Origin: a virus
Taxonomy: Duplodnaviria > Caudoviricetes
Reading direction: 5' to 3' (one strand)
Virus record (IMG/VR): IMGVR_UViG_3300017922_000003
Coordinates: 1,340 to 65,339 of that record
Length of the DNA stretch: 64,000 nucleotides
Below are positions 1 through 7,529 of this stretch, piece after piece. Position 1 is the stretch's first letter. Every line of letters begins with the position of its first letter. The notes beneath the pieces are model-generated. The model searched no databases. It was not told where the DNA came from and worked only from the letters and a program-made list of their open reading frames with translations. The position numbers and the translations under genes are program-made.

Positions 1-379
1 TATCAAAGTACGGATCCATATATTTGCTCATTGTACTTGTTATTTTATCTAGCTTGCTGAATATCTCTTCATAATAACTATCTACGACAATCCAGTAGCT
101 GTCATCAAGATACAATCCAGACTTATCATATGAAGATATTACTGATACACGTGACAGATCCCATTTTCTGCTGGTAAGAGTCAAGACCATATTCTTTTTT
201 ATGTGTTCAACATCATCGCCCATATACCACTCATAAGCAACAACTTTTGTGTGGTTTTTGGCCGAATCGACAGGATTAGGTCCGGCACTTATAATCCTGC
301 CATCCATAGTCTCATAAAAATTCAGGAACTTATCCTTCTTGTTGCAAATTGACGCTATAAGTTCCAATTTCTCAGGCAT
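1..379 (-). CDS. Hypothetical early protein, partial (runs off the window start)
   Basis: ATG at 379-377 directly after the stop of the 380-871 gene, preceded by GAGGAGAG; frame is open to base 1 (MPEKLELIASICNKK...). Confidence 0.7.
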   Translation of the reverse strand, partial: MPEKLELIASICNKKDKFLNFYETMDGRIISAGPNPVDSAKNHTKVVAYEWYMGDDVEHIKKNMVLTLTSRKWDLSRVSVISSYDKSGLYLDDSYWIVVDSYYEEIFSKLDKITSTMSKYMDPYFD

Positions 380-871
380 TTAATCACTCTCCTCTACATA
401 CATTATTCCGTTTCGATTAGCAAATCTATATTTAGACGTTATATCAACTTCTTCTTTATCCTTTAATATTTTCATCGCTTTCTTTCTAAGTTGTTTTCTC
501 ACATCTCGATGCAAGTACAGGTAGATAGTCCTGCCGTCTTCACCACCAGCGAATGGAAATACTTTGATGTACCTCAAATCTTTCTTTTTCACCAAGAGTC
601 CAAGAGCGTTGTTGAGCTTTCTAACAGTCTTTATTGAAACTCCTTCCTCTCTCCATTCAAATTTCAACGCTTTATCTCTAATGGCATATTTCAACAACTC
701 GTTCACAAATTTATCGATTGCTTTCTGACCAAAGGCGATATACTTTATCTCAACTTCTGGTGTATCGCCAACGGCCTCAACCAGTTTTACCTCTCCATCA
801 ACTTCAACGAGGCATTTAAATCTAGTCATTAGCCAGTTTAGATAGTACGGAGCAAAAGCAAGTATCTTCAC
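380..871 (-). CDS. Hypothetical basic protein (~163 aa)
   Basis: ORF track 380..880; RBS AAAGGAG lies 8 nt before GTG at 871, so that start is preferred. Confidence 0.75.
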   Translation of the reverse strand: MKILAFAPYYLNWLMTRFKCLVEVDGEVKLVEAVGDTPEVEIKYIAFGQKAIDKFVNELLKYAIRDKALKFEWREEGVSIKTVRKLNNALGLLVKKKDLRYIKVFPFAGGEDGRTIYLYLHRDVRKQLRKKAMKILKDKEEVDITSKYRFANRNGIMYVEESD

Positions 872-1158
872 ATAAACCACTCCTTTAAAAGTAGAATATC
901 CTGCATTTGCATTACATTTTCCAAAATAAAATGTCCTTCATATGAGTAACAAATACTTTACAGAGGCCAGCGATACTCACTAACCCCTACACCACACAAT
1001 ACACACCCTTATTACATAACATACTAGTCTTAAGTACTACGCATACTACATAACACTAGCTTGCATAAATACACACGTAATGCCACTTAAACCCTCATCA
1101 CAACCACTGTATAAACACTTTGGAGGATTGAAGTTTTGGCCGAAATGTGCTGATCTCT

Positions 1159-1170
1159 TCATGTGCTGGG
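1159..1170 (-). promoter_or_regulatory. Early-region motif copy (CCCAGCACATGA, variant)
   Basis: One mismatch to the CCCAGCTYATGA motif seen at 2006, 2696, 3846, 4289 and 4408; intergenic. Confidence 0.45.
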
Positions 1171-1479
1171 TGGAAAATTTACAAGAATGTGTACGAATAT
1201 ACGTAAATAAGGGGAAGAATACTATTCACTCTCGCTATTCGGCTCACAGACAGGCACACAACGCCCTGAGTATAGCCTCATAGATCCCCCAACGCACCGG
1301 ATATACAGCAAAACAGCCTAACTTCAGCACTAATATTCAGTCGTTCGACCTAATTCAAGGGCAATAGGCTCCACGGAGCCATGCGGGTTTGAGGTCTATT
1401 GACGCCAAATTTCCTACACAGTGGGGCGACAGAGTACGCCCATAAATATTTGGTCATTTGACTGAATTTATACAAGCAA

Positions 1480-1707
1480 TTATTTCCACCATTCGAACCC
1501 TCCGCCGGCGGACTCCATAATTTCGTTCTTCTCTTCCTGCGTGAGTTCTCTGACTCTATAGAAGCAACCACAACTAGAACACGTGTAGAATGCGGAGTTA
1601 CCTCTTCGCCAGATCTTCTCGCCACATCTCGAGCAGACGAAATATCTGTCGTCAGTGTCGTAGGGCCAGTACTTTATCTCCATATCCTTGTTGTCAAGAT
1701 CTTCCAT
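1480..1707 (-). CDS. Small Zn-ribbon protein (75 aa)
   Basis: CSRC...CSSC double CxxC; RBS AAAGGAGG before the ATG. Confidence 0.75.
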   Translation of the reverse strand: MEDLDNKDMEIKYWPYDTDDRYFVCSRCGEKIWRRGNSAFYTCSSCGCFYRVRELTQEEKNEIMESAGGGFEWWK

Positions 1708-2005
1708 TTCCTTCGCCTCCTTTATATTATCTGTTTAGATAACATATTCACCCAAAATCCTAAGGGTAATTGTCAGAAGACACGATTTCCTAAGGGTAAA
1801 TACCTTACCCCGGCTATAAAAACGCCTTAGAATCCATTCTCGCAAGGAAAGTTGTTAATGCGCTTAAATAGCCGTTTAGCACAATCGCCAAATCGCGCAA
1901 ACCCGCATAACACCGTTGGCGTTAATGCGAGTGGGTAAGTTCAGCGCAAATTCAGCGATTTCATGTCATTTTCGCTATTCAAGATCTGATCTTGTTTATA
2001 TTATA

Positions 2006-2017
2006 TCATAAGCTGGG
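2006..2017 (-). promoter_or_regulatory. Early-region motif copy (CCCAGCTTATGA)
   Basis: Exact 12-mer shared with 2696-2707; intergenic, just after a hairpin. Confidence 0.5.
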
Positions 2018-2019
2018 AT

Positions 2020-2045
2020 AAAACAGCCCGGGTTATTCACCCGGA
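2020..2045 (-). terminator. Possible intrinsic terminator
   Basis: Minus strand CCGGGTGAATAACCCGG hairpin then GCTGTTTT, immediately after the stop at 2047. Confidence 0.45.
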
Positions 2046-2046
2046 A

Positions 2047-2421
2047 CTACTTCTCTCTCGCAAATCTTTCTTTAGCAGAAATTGTATTCAGAGTACCGTC
2101 GTTCTCAATGAGGCGTTTAAGCCAATCGGTATTTGAGTCGTTGTCCCAAATTGTTTCCGGTACCCTATTATATTCTTCCCCGTCTTTGTAGAATATAATT
2201 TCGTAAACGTTAACGTCGTCCTGGTCGTGGCGAGTTGTTCCCTCGTCCACGAAGTACTCATCACAACCAGCGAACAGCATCGCATCCAGCTCACATTCTG
2301 CTGCGAGCTTAGCGATGTTTGTGTCTTCTGAGATCTCGCTATGACCATAGTCGCCTACAGCCAGATCCCAAGCCTTCCATGTTGTTGCTAGTCTTAACTT
2401 ATCACATTCTATTAACATCAT
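2047..2421 (-). CDS. Hypothetical acidic protein (~124 aa)
   Basis: 3' part of track ORF 2047..2577; ATG at 2421 follows GGAGGTGGAG and the stop of the upstream gene. Confidence 0.7.
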   Translation of the reverse strand: MMLIECDKLRLATTWKAWDLAVGDYGHSEISEDTNIAKLAAECELDAMLFAGCDEYFVDEGTTRHDQDDVNVYEIIFYKDGEEYNRVPETIWDNDSNTDWLKRLIENDGTLNTISAKERFAREK

Positions 2422-2422
2422 A

Positions 2423-2641
2423 TTACTCCACCTCCACAAGTTTTGTTGTGTAGCTAACGTGGAACTCGTCATACATGAGTTCTTCGCCGTTGAATGTAAC
2501 ATGCACGGCGTTTTGATTTGCAAGCACTTTTTCGTGCTCGCCAGCGATATATTCAATTGCTTCATTTTTGCTATCAAATATTTCTTCTTCGAATGTTTCT
2601 ACGTCATTGTCATCTACTATATATGTTTCCACTTTCCACAT
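2423..2641 (-). CDS. Hypothetical small acidic protein (~72 aa)
   Basis: Track ORF 2423..2674; RBS GGAGG before ATG at 2641 (MWKVETY...). Confidence 0.7.
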   Translation of the reverse strand: MWKVETYIVDDNDVETFEEEIFDSKNEAIEYIAGEHEKVLANQNAVHVTFNGEELMYDEFHVSYTTKLVEVE

Positions 2642-2695
2642 GACAACCTCCACATATTTTACCCACTCAGCCACTTGCTGAAGTGGGAGATCTTT

Positions 2696-2772
2696 TCATA
2701 AGCTGGGTGGTACATAGGTAAGTATATAAGATACTGCCGATAAGTATTTTACATATTTACTCACGCACCACC
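2696..2772 (-). promoter_or_regulatory. Long hairpin ending in the early motif CACCCAGCTTATGA
   Basis: Minus-strand stem GGTGGTGCGT...ATGTACCACC (2772-2706, with G-U pairs) runs directly into the motif at 2707-2696. Confidence 0.55.
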
Positions 2773-2895
2773 TATACTCTTACACTTTCACAACCAGCGA
2801 CTATTACCCCACCACCCCCGTACTAACACTCTTAACTGTCTTGAGACATAAGAGCTATCGTACATCCCCCAACGCCTTTTTCTCGCAGACTTTTG

Positions 2896-3064
2896 CAAGG
2901 TCGTTAACGCGGGCTTTTTCAAAGTCGTTACCCTTTGGGCAACGGCTGGAATTCAAAGTCGTTACCTACGTCTCGACCTGAGATTCAAGGTCGTTAACGC
3001 GTTGCGTCTCGACTCGAAATTCAAAGTCGTTACCTACGGCTCGACTTGTTTTTCAAGGTCGTTA
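2896..3064 (+). repeat. Iteron-like array of six CAARGTCGTTA boxes
   Basis: Boxes start at 2896, 2920, 2954, 2986, 3022 and 3054 (spacing 24/34/32/36/32); inter-box sequences are also related (e.g. CCTACG..CTCGAC). Confidence 0.85.
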
Positions 3065-3078
3065 ATGCGCTTAACTTT

Positions 3079-3121
3079 AAAAAAATCCCCCTCGCCAGCG
3101 CCGATAGGCGTGGTGAGAGGG
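3079..3121 (-). terminator. Intrinsic terminator closing the early RNAP cassette
   Basis: Minus strand CCCTCTCACCACGCC-TATC-GGCGCTGGCGAGGGGG followed by A and T7. Confidence 0.7.
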
Positions 3122-3241
3122 CAAAAGGGGGTGAAAAGTTGGTAACTCAGGGTTGCTTCGGGAACCAAGTCACGTTGAGTAACTTGATTCTCGGAGTAAC
3201 CCTCCCCAGGGACAGGTGGGTCCCCGGGGAGATGATGGATA

Positions 3242-3526
3242 TTATTTAGATTCGAAGCGAACGAGGGAAATAAATTTCAGAATATTTCCCTCTCGATTAG
3301 TTTGAGTTTTACCATCGACGAGAGGTATAGAGATTTGCCACCCCTCGACGAAAGTCTTAGCAGACCTTATCGGGAGCCAGCTCTGTTCGTACACGCAGTT
3401 AACAGTTTCGCCAGATGGCGTCTTTAGCACGCCACCACGCCTATATGGTTTAACAGTTTGTGGTGAGCGCTTATATTCCAAAATCTCTGGATCTACTTTA
3501 ACAATTCTTTTCTGATTCAAACTCAT
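3242..3526 (-). CDS. Hypothetical protein (94 aa)
   Basis: ORF with RBS AAGGAGG; overlaps the end of the upstream gene. Confidence 0.7.
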   Translation of the reverse strand: MSLNQKRIVKVDPEILEYKRSPQTVKPYRRGGVLKTPSGETVNCVYEQSWLPIRSAKTFVEGWQISIPLVDGKTQTNREGNILKFISLVRFESK

Positions 3527-3773
3527 TCAAATCATCCTCCTTTAAATTTTTACCAACCTCTGGCTCGGTCGGCTTGATTTTGCTCACAAAACGTTTCCAT
3601 TTACCAATGAGTGCTTCCTTAACGCTCCAAAGAACGAGCGCAAGAAGAGCACCTAAGAAACCAAAGAATATTTCTCGCACAACAACACCCCTTCCGGAAA
3701 AGATTTCTACACTGGCAACAACGGATGGTAGTGCCAACATAGACAAAGTGAAAATAAGGATTAGTTTTCGCAA
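3498..3773 (-). CDS. Small membrane protein (~91 aa, signal/TM helix plus a second TM helix)
   Basis: Track ORF 3498..3842; RBS AAAGGGTG before TTG at 3773; hydrophobic segments LILIFTLSMLALPSVVA and IFFGFLGALLALVLW. Confidence 0.65.
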   Translation of the reverse strand: MRKLILIFTLSMLALPSVVASVEIFSGRGVVVREIFFGFLGALLALVLWSVKEALIGKWKRFVSKIKPTEPEVGKNLKEDDLNEFESEKNC

Positions 3774-3845
3774 AGTGCACACCCTTTCAAAAAGATTTCC
3801 CTGCCGGTGGGGAACCGACAGGGATATGGGGTAAAAGTGCATAGT

Positions 3846-3883
3846 TCATGAGCTGGGTGTAGCCGGATGACCACACCCAACTC
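3846..3883 (-). promoter_or_regulatory. 15-bp stem-loop whose 3' arm is the early motif CCCAGCTCATGA
   Basis: Minus strand GAGTTGGGTGTGGTC-ATCC-GGCTACACCCAGCTC then ATGAA, 9 nt after the stop at 3893. Confidence 0.55.
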
Positions 3884-3892
3884 TGATTGAGT

Positions 3893-4225
3893 TTATGCCT
3901 CTTGTAGACGGGTAACGGCAACGATTCTGCCGTTTTCCCGTACTGCTGACTTCCCGGTGTCGGGAGCCAGTACGTCCGTTCGACTGGTTTTAGATGCAAC
4001 CAGCGACGAGGTTATATAGACAGTGCCATTTTCTGGTTCAGGGATACCCTCGATATCCCCGAACACTGTCTTCACGACGGGGATTTCAAACCCGTCAACG
4101 TTCATGCTTCCATTAGGCACCTGTTGCACTGAGGCTCGTGCGACGGTACCGGATGGTTTAATCTCTAATTTTCCCCTATCGGTCTCAATGACCAGGGGGT
4201 GGGGTGTCAAATTCACTAACTTCAT
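3893..4225 (-). CDS. Conserved phage protein of the N-terminal NLTPH family (function unknown)
   Basis: MKLVNLTPH...PSGTVAR...GIPEP.NGTVYITS.LVA...R.DVLAPDTG..AVR..GRIVAV pattern recognised from many phage hypotheticals; RBS GGAGG. Confidence 0.8.
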   Translation of the reverse strand: MKLVNLTPHPLVIETDRGKLEIKPSGTVARASVQQVPNGSMNVDGFEIPVVKTVFGDIEGIPEPENGTVYITSSLVASKTSRTDVLAPDTGKSAVRENGRIVAVTRLQEA

Positions 4226-4288
4226 AAGTAACCTCCATATATTTATCCCCCGCCGGACACATTCCGGAGGGAGAAGATTTTTAATACT

Positions 4289-4470
4289 TCATGAGCTGGG
4301 TGCCTCGGAATAGCAACACAACCAGCGACAACCAAGCACATAAGAATGTACTTGAGTCGTTGATAGTATTGCTACCGAGACACGGCTCAATCCATACCAA
4401 CTACAATTCATAAGCTAGGTGGTACATATGGTGATTCAGTTCGACTGCCGACCAAGGTAACCACTCGGCT
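4289..4470 (-). ncRNA. Candidate structured non-coding RNA or leader: two tandem long hairpins, each ending in the early motif
   Basis: Stems 4470-4413 and 4389-4292 (TGAGC/GCTCA, GTGTCTCGG/CCGAGGCAC, TAGCAA/TTGCTA and others); motif copies at 4419-4408 and 4300-4289; no credible ORF. Confidence 0.45.
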
Positions 4471-4598
4471 TTGTCCCCCAACGCGCACGTGCTACAATAG
4501 AAGGGGCAAGGGAAGGTGAGAAGGCCATGCTCATCAGACTCCCGAAGCCTTCTCTTGTGGGAGTGACGAGAGGGCCGAAGCCCCCTCGTTTCGCAGAG

Positions 4599-7211
4599 TT
4601 ATTCTCGGTAATTGACAAGGAAGTCGGCTATTTCAGCCTCCTTGTCGTATGCGTCTTTGTCCAGACACTGTACGTCCGGACAATTTTCAGTTGCTTCCTC
4701 ATAGACTCCGCGGAGGAAGTCACCACGGAGTTGAGGAAGACCGAACCACCAGAGGCAGACGATGTCATCGTCATCGTCTCCTCCGATCCATTCGGCGTCC
4801 TTGTAACCAACGACGATTACATCTTCAGGTAGATATGCCGTGGTTACTTGGACTGTTGGGATCCTCTTAAGAACAGGATCCCTTTGGAGCCTAAACGTGA
4901 GCTGAGAGAGGACTTTATTAACGGCATCTGGACCAGCCGCTATGAGGTCCTCTCTCTGTTTCTTACTCAACGTTGTATTCATTTGGAGCAGTCTATTAAT
5001 AGTTTCCGCTTTGAACGGAACGACCGCTCCTCTTTCGAAAGCGCCCGTAGCCATTCTGCCACTTACAACGGGCAGTCTGGGTGTGAACGCAATCTTGGAT
5101 CGTTTGAGTAAGAATTCCATATACTCAAACAGGCGGTCAAATGTATAAGTACCGCCTTTTTCTTCGGTAACCACGATTTCCATGGCCTTACGAAGTTCTG
5201 GACCAATCATTGTGGTACCGTCGTTCTTAATAAGGTACTTTGCCGGGAGCAATTTAATGCCTCTGACCATTAGAGGCTCGTCTACTCCCTTAAGTACCAT
5301 CTTTATCTCCTTGTCAGACAGGCGTGTATCTTCCCATCTAACCTTTTCTGCCACCAGAGTCTTCACAAACTCGAGACTTGGTGGGACGGATGAGCTCTTC
5401 TCGAAAAGCTTGTTGAAAGCCTTCCTTCTGAGCTCATTCAGCTCTTTCTTCTTCATGCGGTCAATGCTCTTGGGACTATTTTCTTGAACCATTTCATCGA
5501 CCTGCTGGAGAATCATCGTTATTGACTTGATATTGTCTATGATTCTCCTAATTTCCCACTGATGTTTCTTAGCATGGTGCCTAAGCAGTGGGTTGAGCTG
5601 GCTGAACACGTCAGGAGATGTTGCTTTTTCCTGAGCGTACAGCATTGATTTCATGCGTACCCCTGTCGATCTGTCTACCGAGAGGTCTATGGTAACCTCT
5701 GATAGGCAGATATAGCACGGTACACCATTAACCGTGCCTTCAACGAGGTGCACGTTTTTGGGATCAACGTTTCGAGGAATAGTCACTTTCTCTTCCTCAT
5801 TAAGATAAGCGTTCATCGCTATTGTTCCTGAAGCGAACAACGCTTTCTTGAGTCTTCTTGATCCCTGGGAATCGAATACGAGATCAACTTGCATCTCGCG
5901 ATCCCCAACCTTGGCCCGATAGTTTCCAGACCATATTCCAATGCCTTTGGACTTGAGTCCGCCAGCATTGAACTTGGCATTAACTGCGTGACCGTCGGCG
6001 TACAGTTCCTTAAACTTCTTGTTGACTAATACGCCATTGCCACGATTAGATACAAAACCGTTACTCAGGGCAGGAAAGCCCTTTTCACAGTTCTTTGGGA
6101 TAGCTATAATAGCCTGTGTTGAAGCCTCAGGCATTTTATATGTCCCGTTTGGCAGTTCAGAGTACATCTTAATGTACTCCTTCCTGCGCTCACCCAGATC
6201 AACCGCAAAGTGCACGGCTGACTGGATTGTTCTCTTGACATCCGCTGTGTCCATCAACGGATTCAAGAGGTACATCAGGAAACTGTAGTGATAATTCTTG
6301 TTCTTAGGTACAGCCAGTTTCCCGATGGAATTTGAACTAGAGAACGATGCAAAGTCCAGCATGTCCTCTGTCCATTCTTTGCTCCCTTTGTAGGAAGCAA
6401 ATGCTTTTTCAGGGAGTTTGTTGATTAGATCCCTGAATATTTCCTTATCGTCGTATGGGTCAACTTCAACCCATAGACGTTTGCTGATCCACTTATACTT
6501 TCCAGCAAAGCGGATCAGTTTTGATTTGAGAGTCCTGAAAAGGTCTCTCCGGTGGATCTTATAGGCATATTTAAAGAGCGTAGAACTCTTTATCAGCCTA
6601 TACGTCTTACTCTTCTGGTGATAAAAGAAAACACCAGAGAGCAGGACTTTGGAGTAGTATCTCGACAGGTGACCGAGATCATCTATGATGACCTCACCAT
6701 CGAGGTCCTCACTGGACCATCGTGATGGATCATCATAGGGACTGCTGGTACTCTCGGTTTCGAATACCAGTGTTTCTTCCATCATTTCAACCAAAGGTTG
6801 CAACCTCTCAGGGTCGCCGTATGCTTCCTTGCGAGCCCTGAAAATGTCTGTTACAACCATGTGGTTGATTTTCCCGAAGGCTTTCTTTATCTCTTTCAAT
6901 TCTGCCTTCGAGAAATCCTTTCCACACAATTGGAGGAATATACTCCATTCCTCCGCCGGTTTGTATATACCCTTGTTGGAACTGTTACCGGGTATAACCG
7001 GCATGGACTTTTTGTCCAACAGAGGCTGTATTACATTTGCCTCCATGGACAGTGCTACTTTCTCCTTCAATTGCTCAGGCACATATGGCGCTAAGTGCAT
7101 AAGCAATCGAACTGGAATCCCTATGGAGTCCTTGAAATCTTTCAAGACTCTCAACTGACTACGAAATTCATCGTAAGTCAGAGGGGTTTCCAGCTTCATG
7201 AGATCGACCAT
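4599..7211 (-). CDS. Putative single-chain two-barrel (DPBB) DNA-directed RNA polymerase catalytic subunit, 870 aa
   Basis: beta-like motifs GNGVLVNKKF, K413-FNAGGL-K420-S-K422-G and VD443LVFDSQG, then beta'-like R777-D-P-V-L and GG-D812-DDD-D816. R-to-D spacing is 35 aa, as for E. coli beta' R425-D460. RBS AAAGGGGGT. Confidence 0.7.
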   Translation of the reverse strand: MVDLMKLETPLTYDEFRSQLRVLKDFKDSIGIPVRLLMHLAPYVPEQLKEKVALSMEANVIQPLLDKKSMPVIPGNSSNKGIYKPAEEWSIFLQLCGKDFSKAELKEIKKAFGKINHMVVTDIFRARKEAYGDPERLQPLVEMMEETLVFETESTSSPYDDPSRWSSEDLDGEVIIDDLGHLSRYYSKVLLSGVFFYHQKSKTYRLIKSSTLFKYAYKIHRRDLFRTLKSKLIRFAGKYKWISKRLWVEVDPYDDKEIFRDLINKLPEKAFASYKGSKEWTEDMLDFASFSSSNSIGKLAVPKNKNYHYSFLMYLLNPLMDTADVKRTIQSAVHFAVDLGERRKEYIKMYSELPNGTYKMPEASTQAIIAIPKNCEKGFPALSNGFVSNRGNGVLVNKKFKELYADGHAVNAKFNAGGLKSKGIGIWSGNYRAKVGDREMQVDLVFDSQGSRRLKKALFASGTIAMNAYLNEEEKVTIPRNVDPKNVHLVEGTVNGVPCYICLSEVTIDLSVDRSTGVRMKSMLYAQEKATSPDVFSQLNPLLRHHAKKHQWEIRRIIDNIKSITMILQQVDEMVQENSPKSIDRMKKKELNELRRKAFNKLFEKSSSVPPSLEFVKTLVAEKVRWEDTRLSDKEIKMVLKGVDEPLMVRGIKLLPAKYLIKNDGTTMIGPELRKAMEIVVTEEKGGTYTFDRLFEYMEFLLKRSKIAFTPRLPVVSGRMATGAFERGAVVPFKAETINRLLQMNTTLSKKQREDLIAAGPDAVNKVLSQLTFRLQRDPVLKRIPTVQVTTAYLPEDVIVVGYKDAEWIGGDDDDDIVCLWWFGLPQLRGDFLRGVYEEATENCPDVQCLDKDAYDKEAEIADFLVNYRE

Positions 7212-7234
7212 TTTGTTACCCCCTTTTCAAAATT

Positions 7235-7261
7235 GACAGTTTAACGTCATGTCTGGGACGT
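7235..7261 (-). promoter_or_regulatory. H-type pseudoknot in the 5' leader of the RNAP gene
   Basis: Minus strand ACGTC-CCAGACAT-GACGT-TAAAC-TGTC: stem 1 ACGTC/GACGT, loop GACA pairs with TGTC; ends 8 nt upstream of the RBS. Confidence 0.45.
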
Positions 7262-7390
7262 GAGCTACCCGCTCATACCTGCCATCCGGCATGCATCAAC
7301 GAGCAGTCGTTAGAGCTTAGTCGTTAACACATTCAACTAGTCCCCTACCGCACCTACTCTCACAGCAAAGGGGCTAATTGAATTTTTGCG

Positions 7391-7459
7391 TTAACGGTGT
7401 TGCATACCGCTACGGTTCTTAACCAACGATGTTTCATACCACAATGGATTCTTATCCAA
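7391..7459 (-). CDS. Possible 22-aa leader peptide (MDKNPLWYETSLVKNRSGMQHR)
   Basis: Perfect AAAGGAGG 8 nt before TTG at 7459; the RBS is folded into a GGAG-GAAA-CTCC hairpin. Confidence 0.3.
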   Translation of the reverse strand: MDKNPLWYETSLVKNRSGMQHR

Positions 7460-7529
7460 TGGAGTTTCCTCCTTTCCAGAGCGATTAACCCGCTCATATC
7501 TGCCTGAGGCAGGTATCAGAGAGTTAATC

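Noticed and set aside
2422-2577. N-terminal extension of the 176-aa ORF
   Set aside because: It overlaps the upstream acidic gene; the RBS supports a start at 2421.
2896-3064. CRISPR mini-array
   Set aside because: The repeats are only 11-13 bp, the spacers are short and similar to each other, and no cas genes are present; it fits a protein-binding iteron array better.
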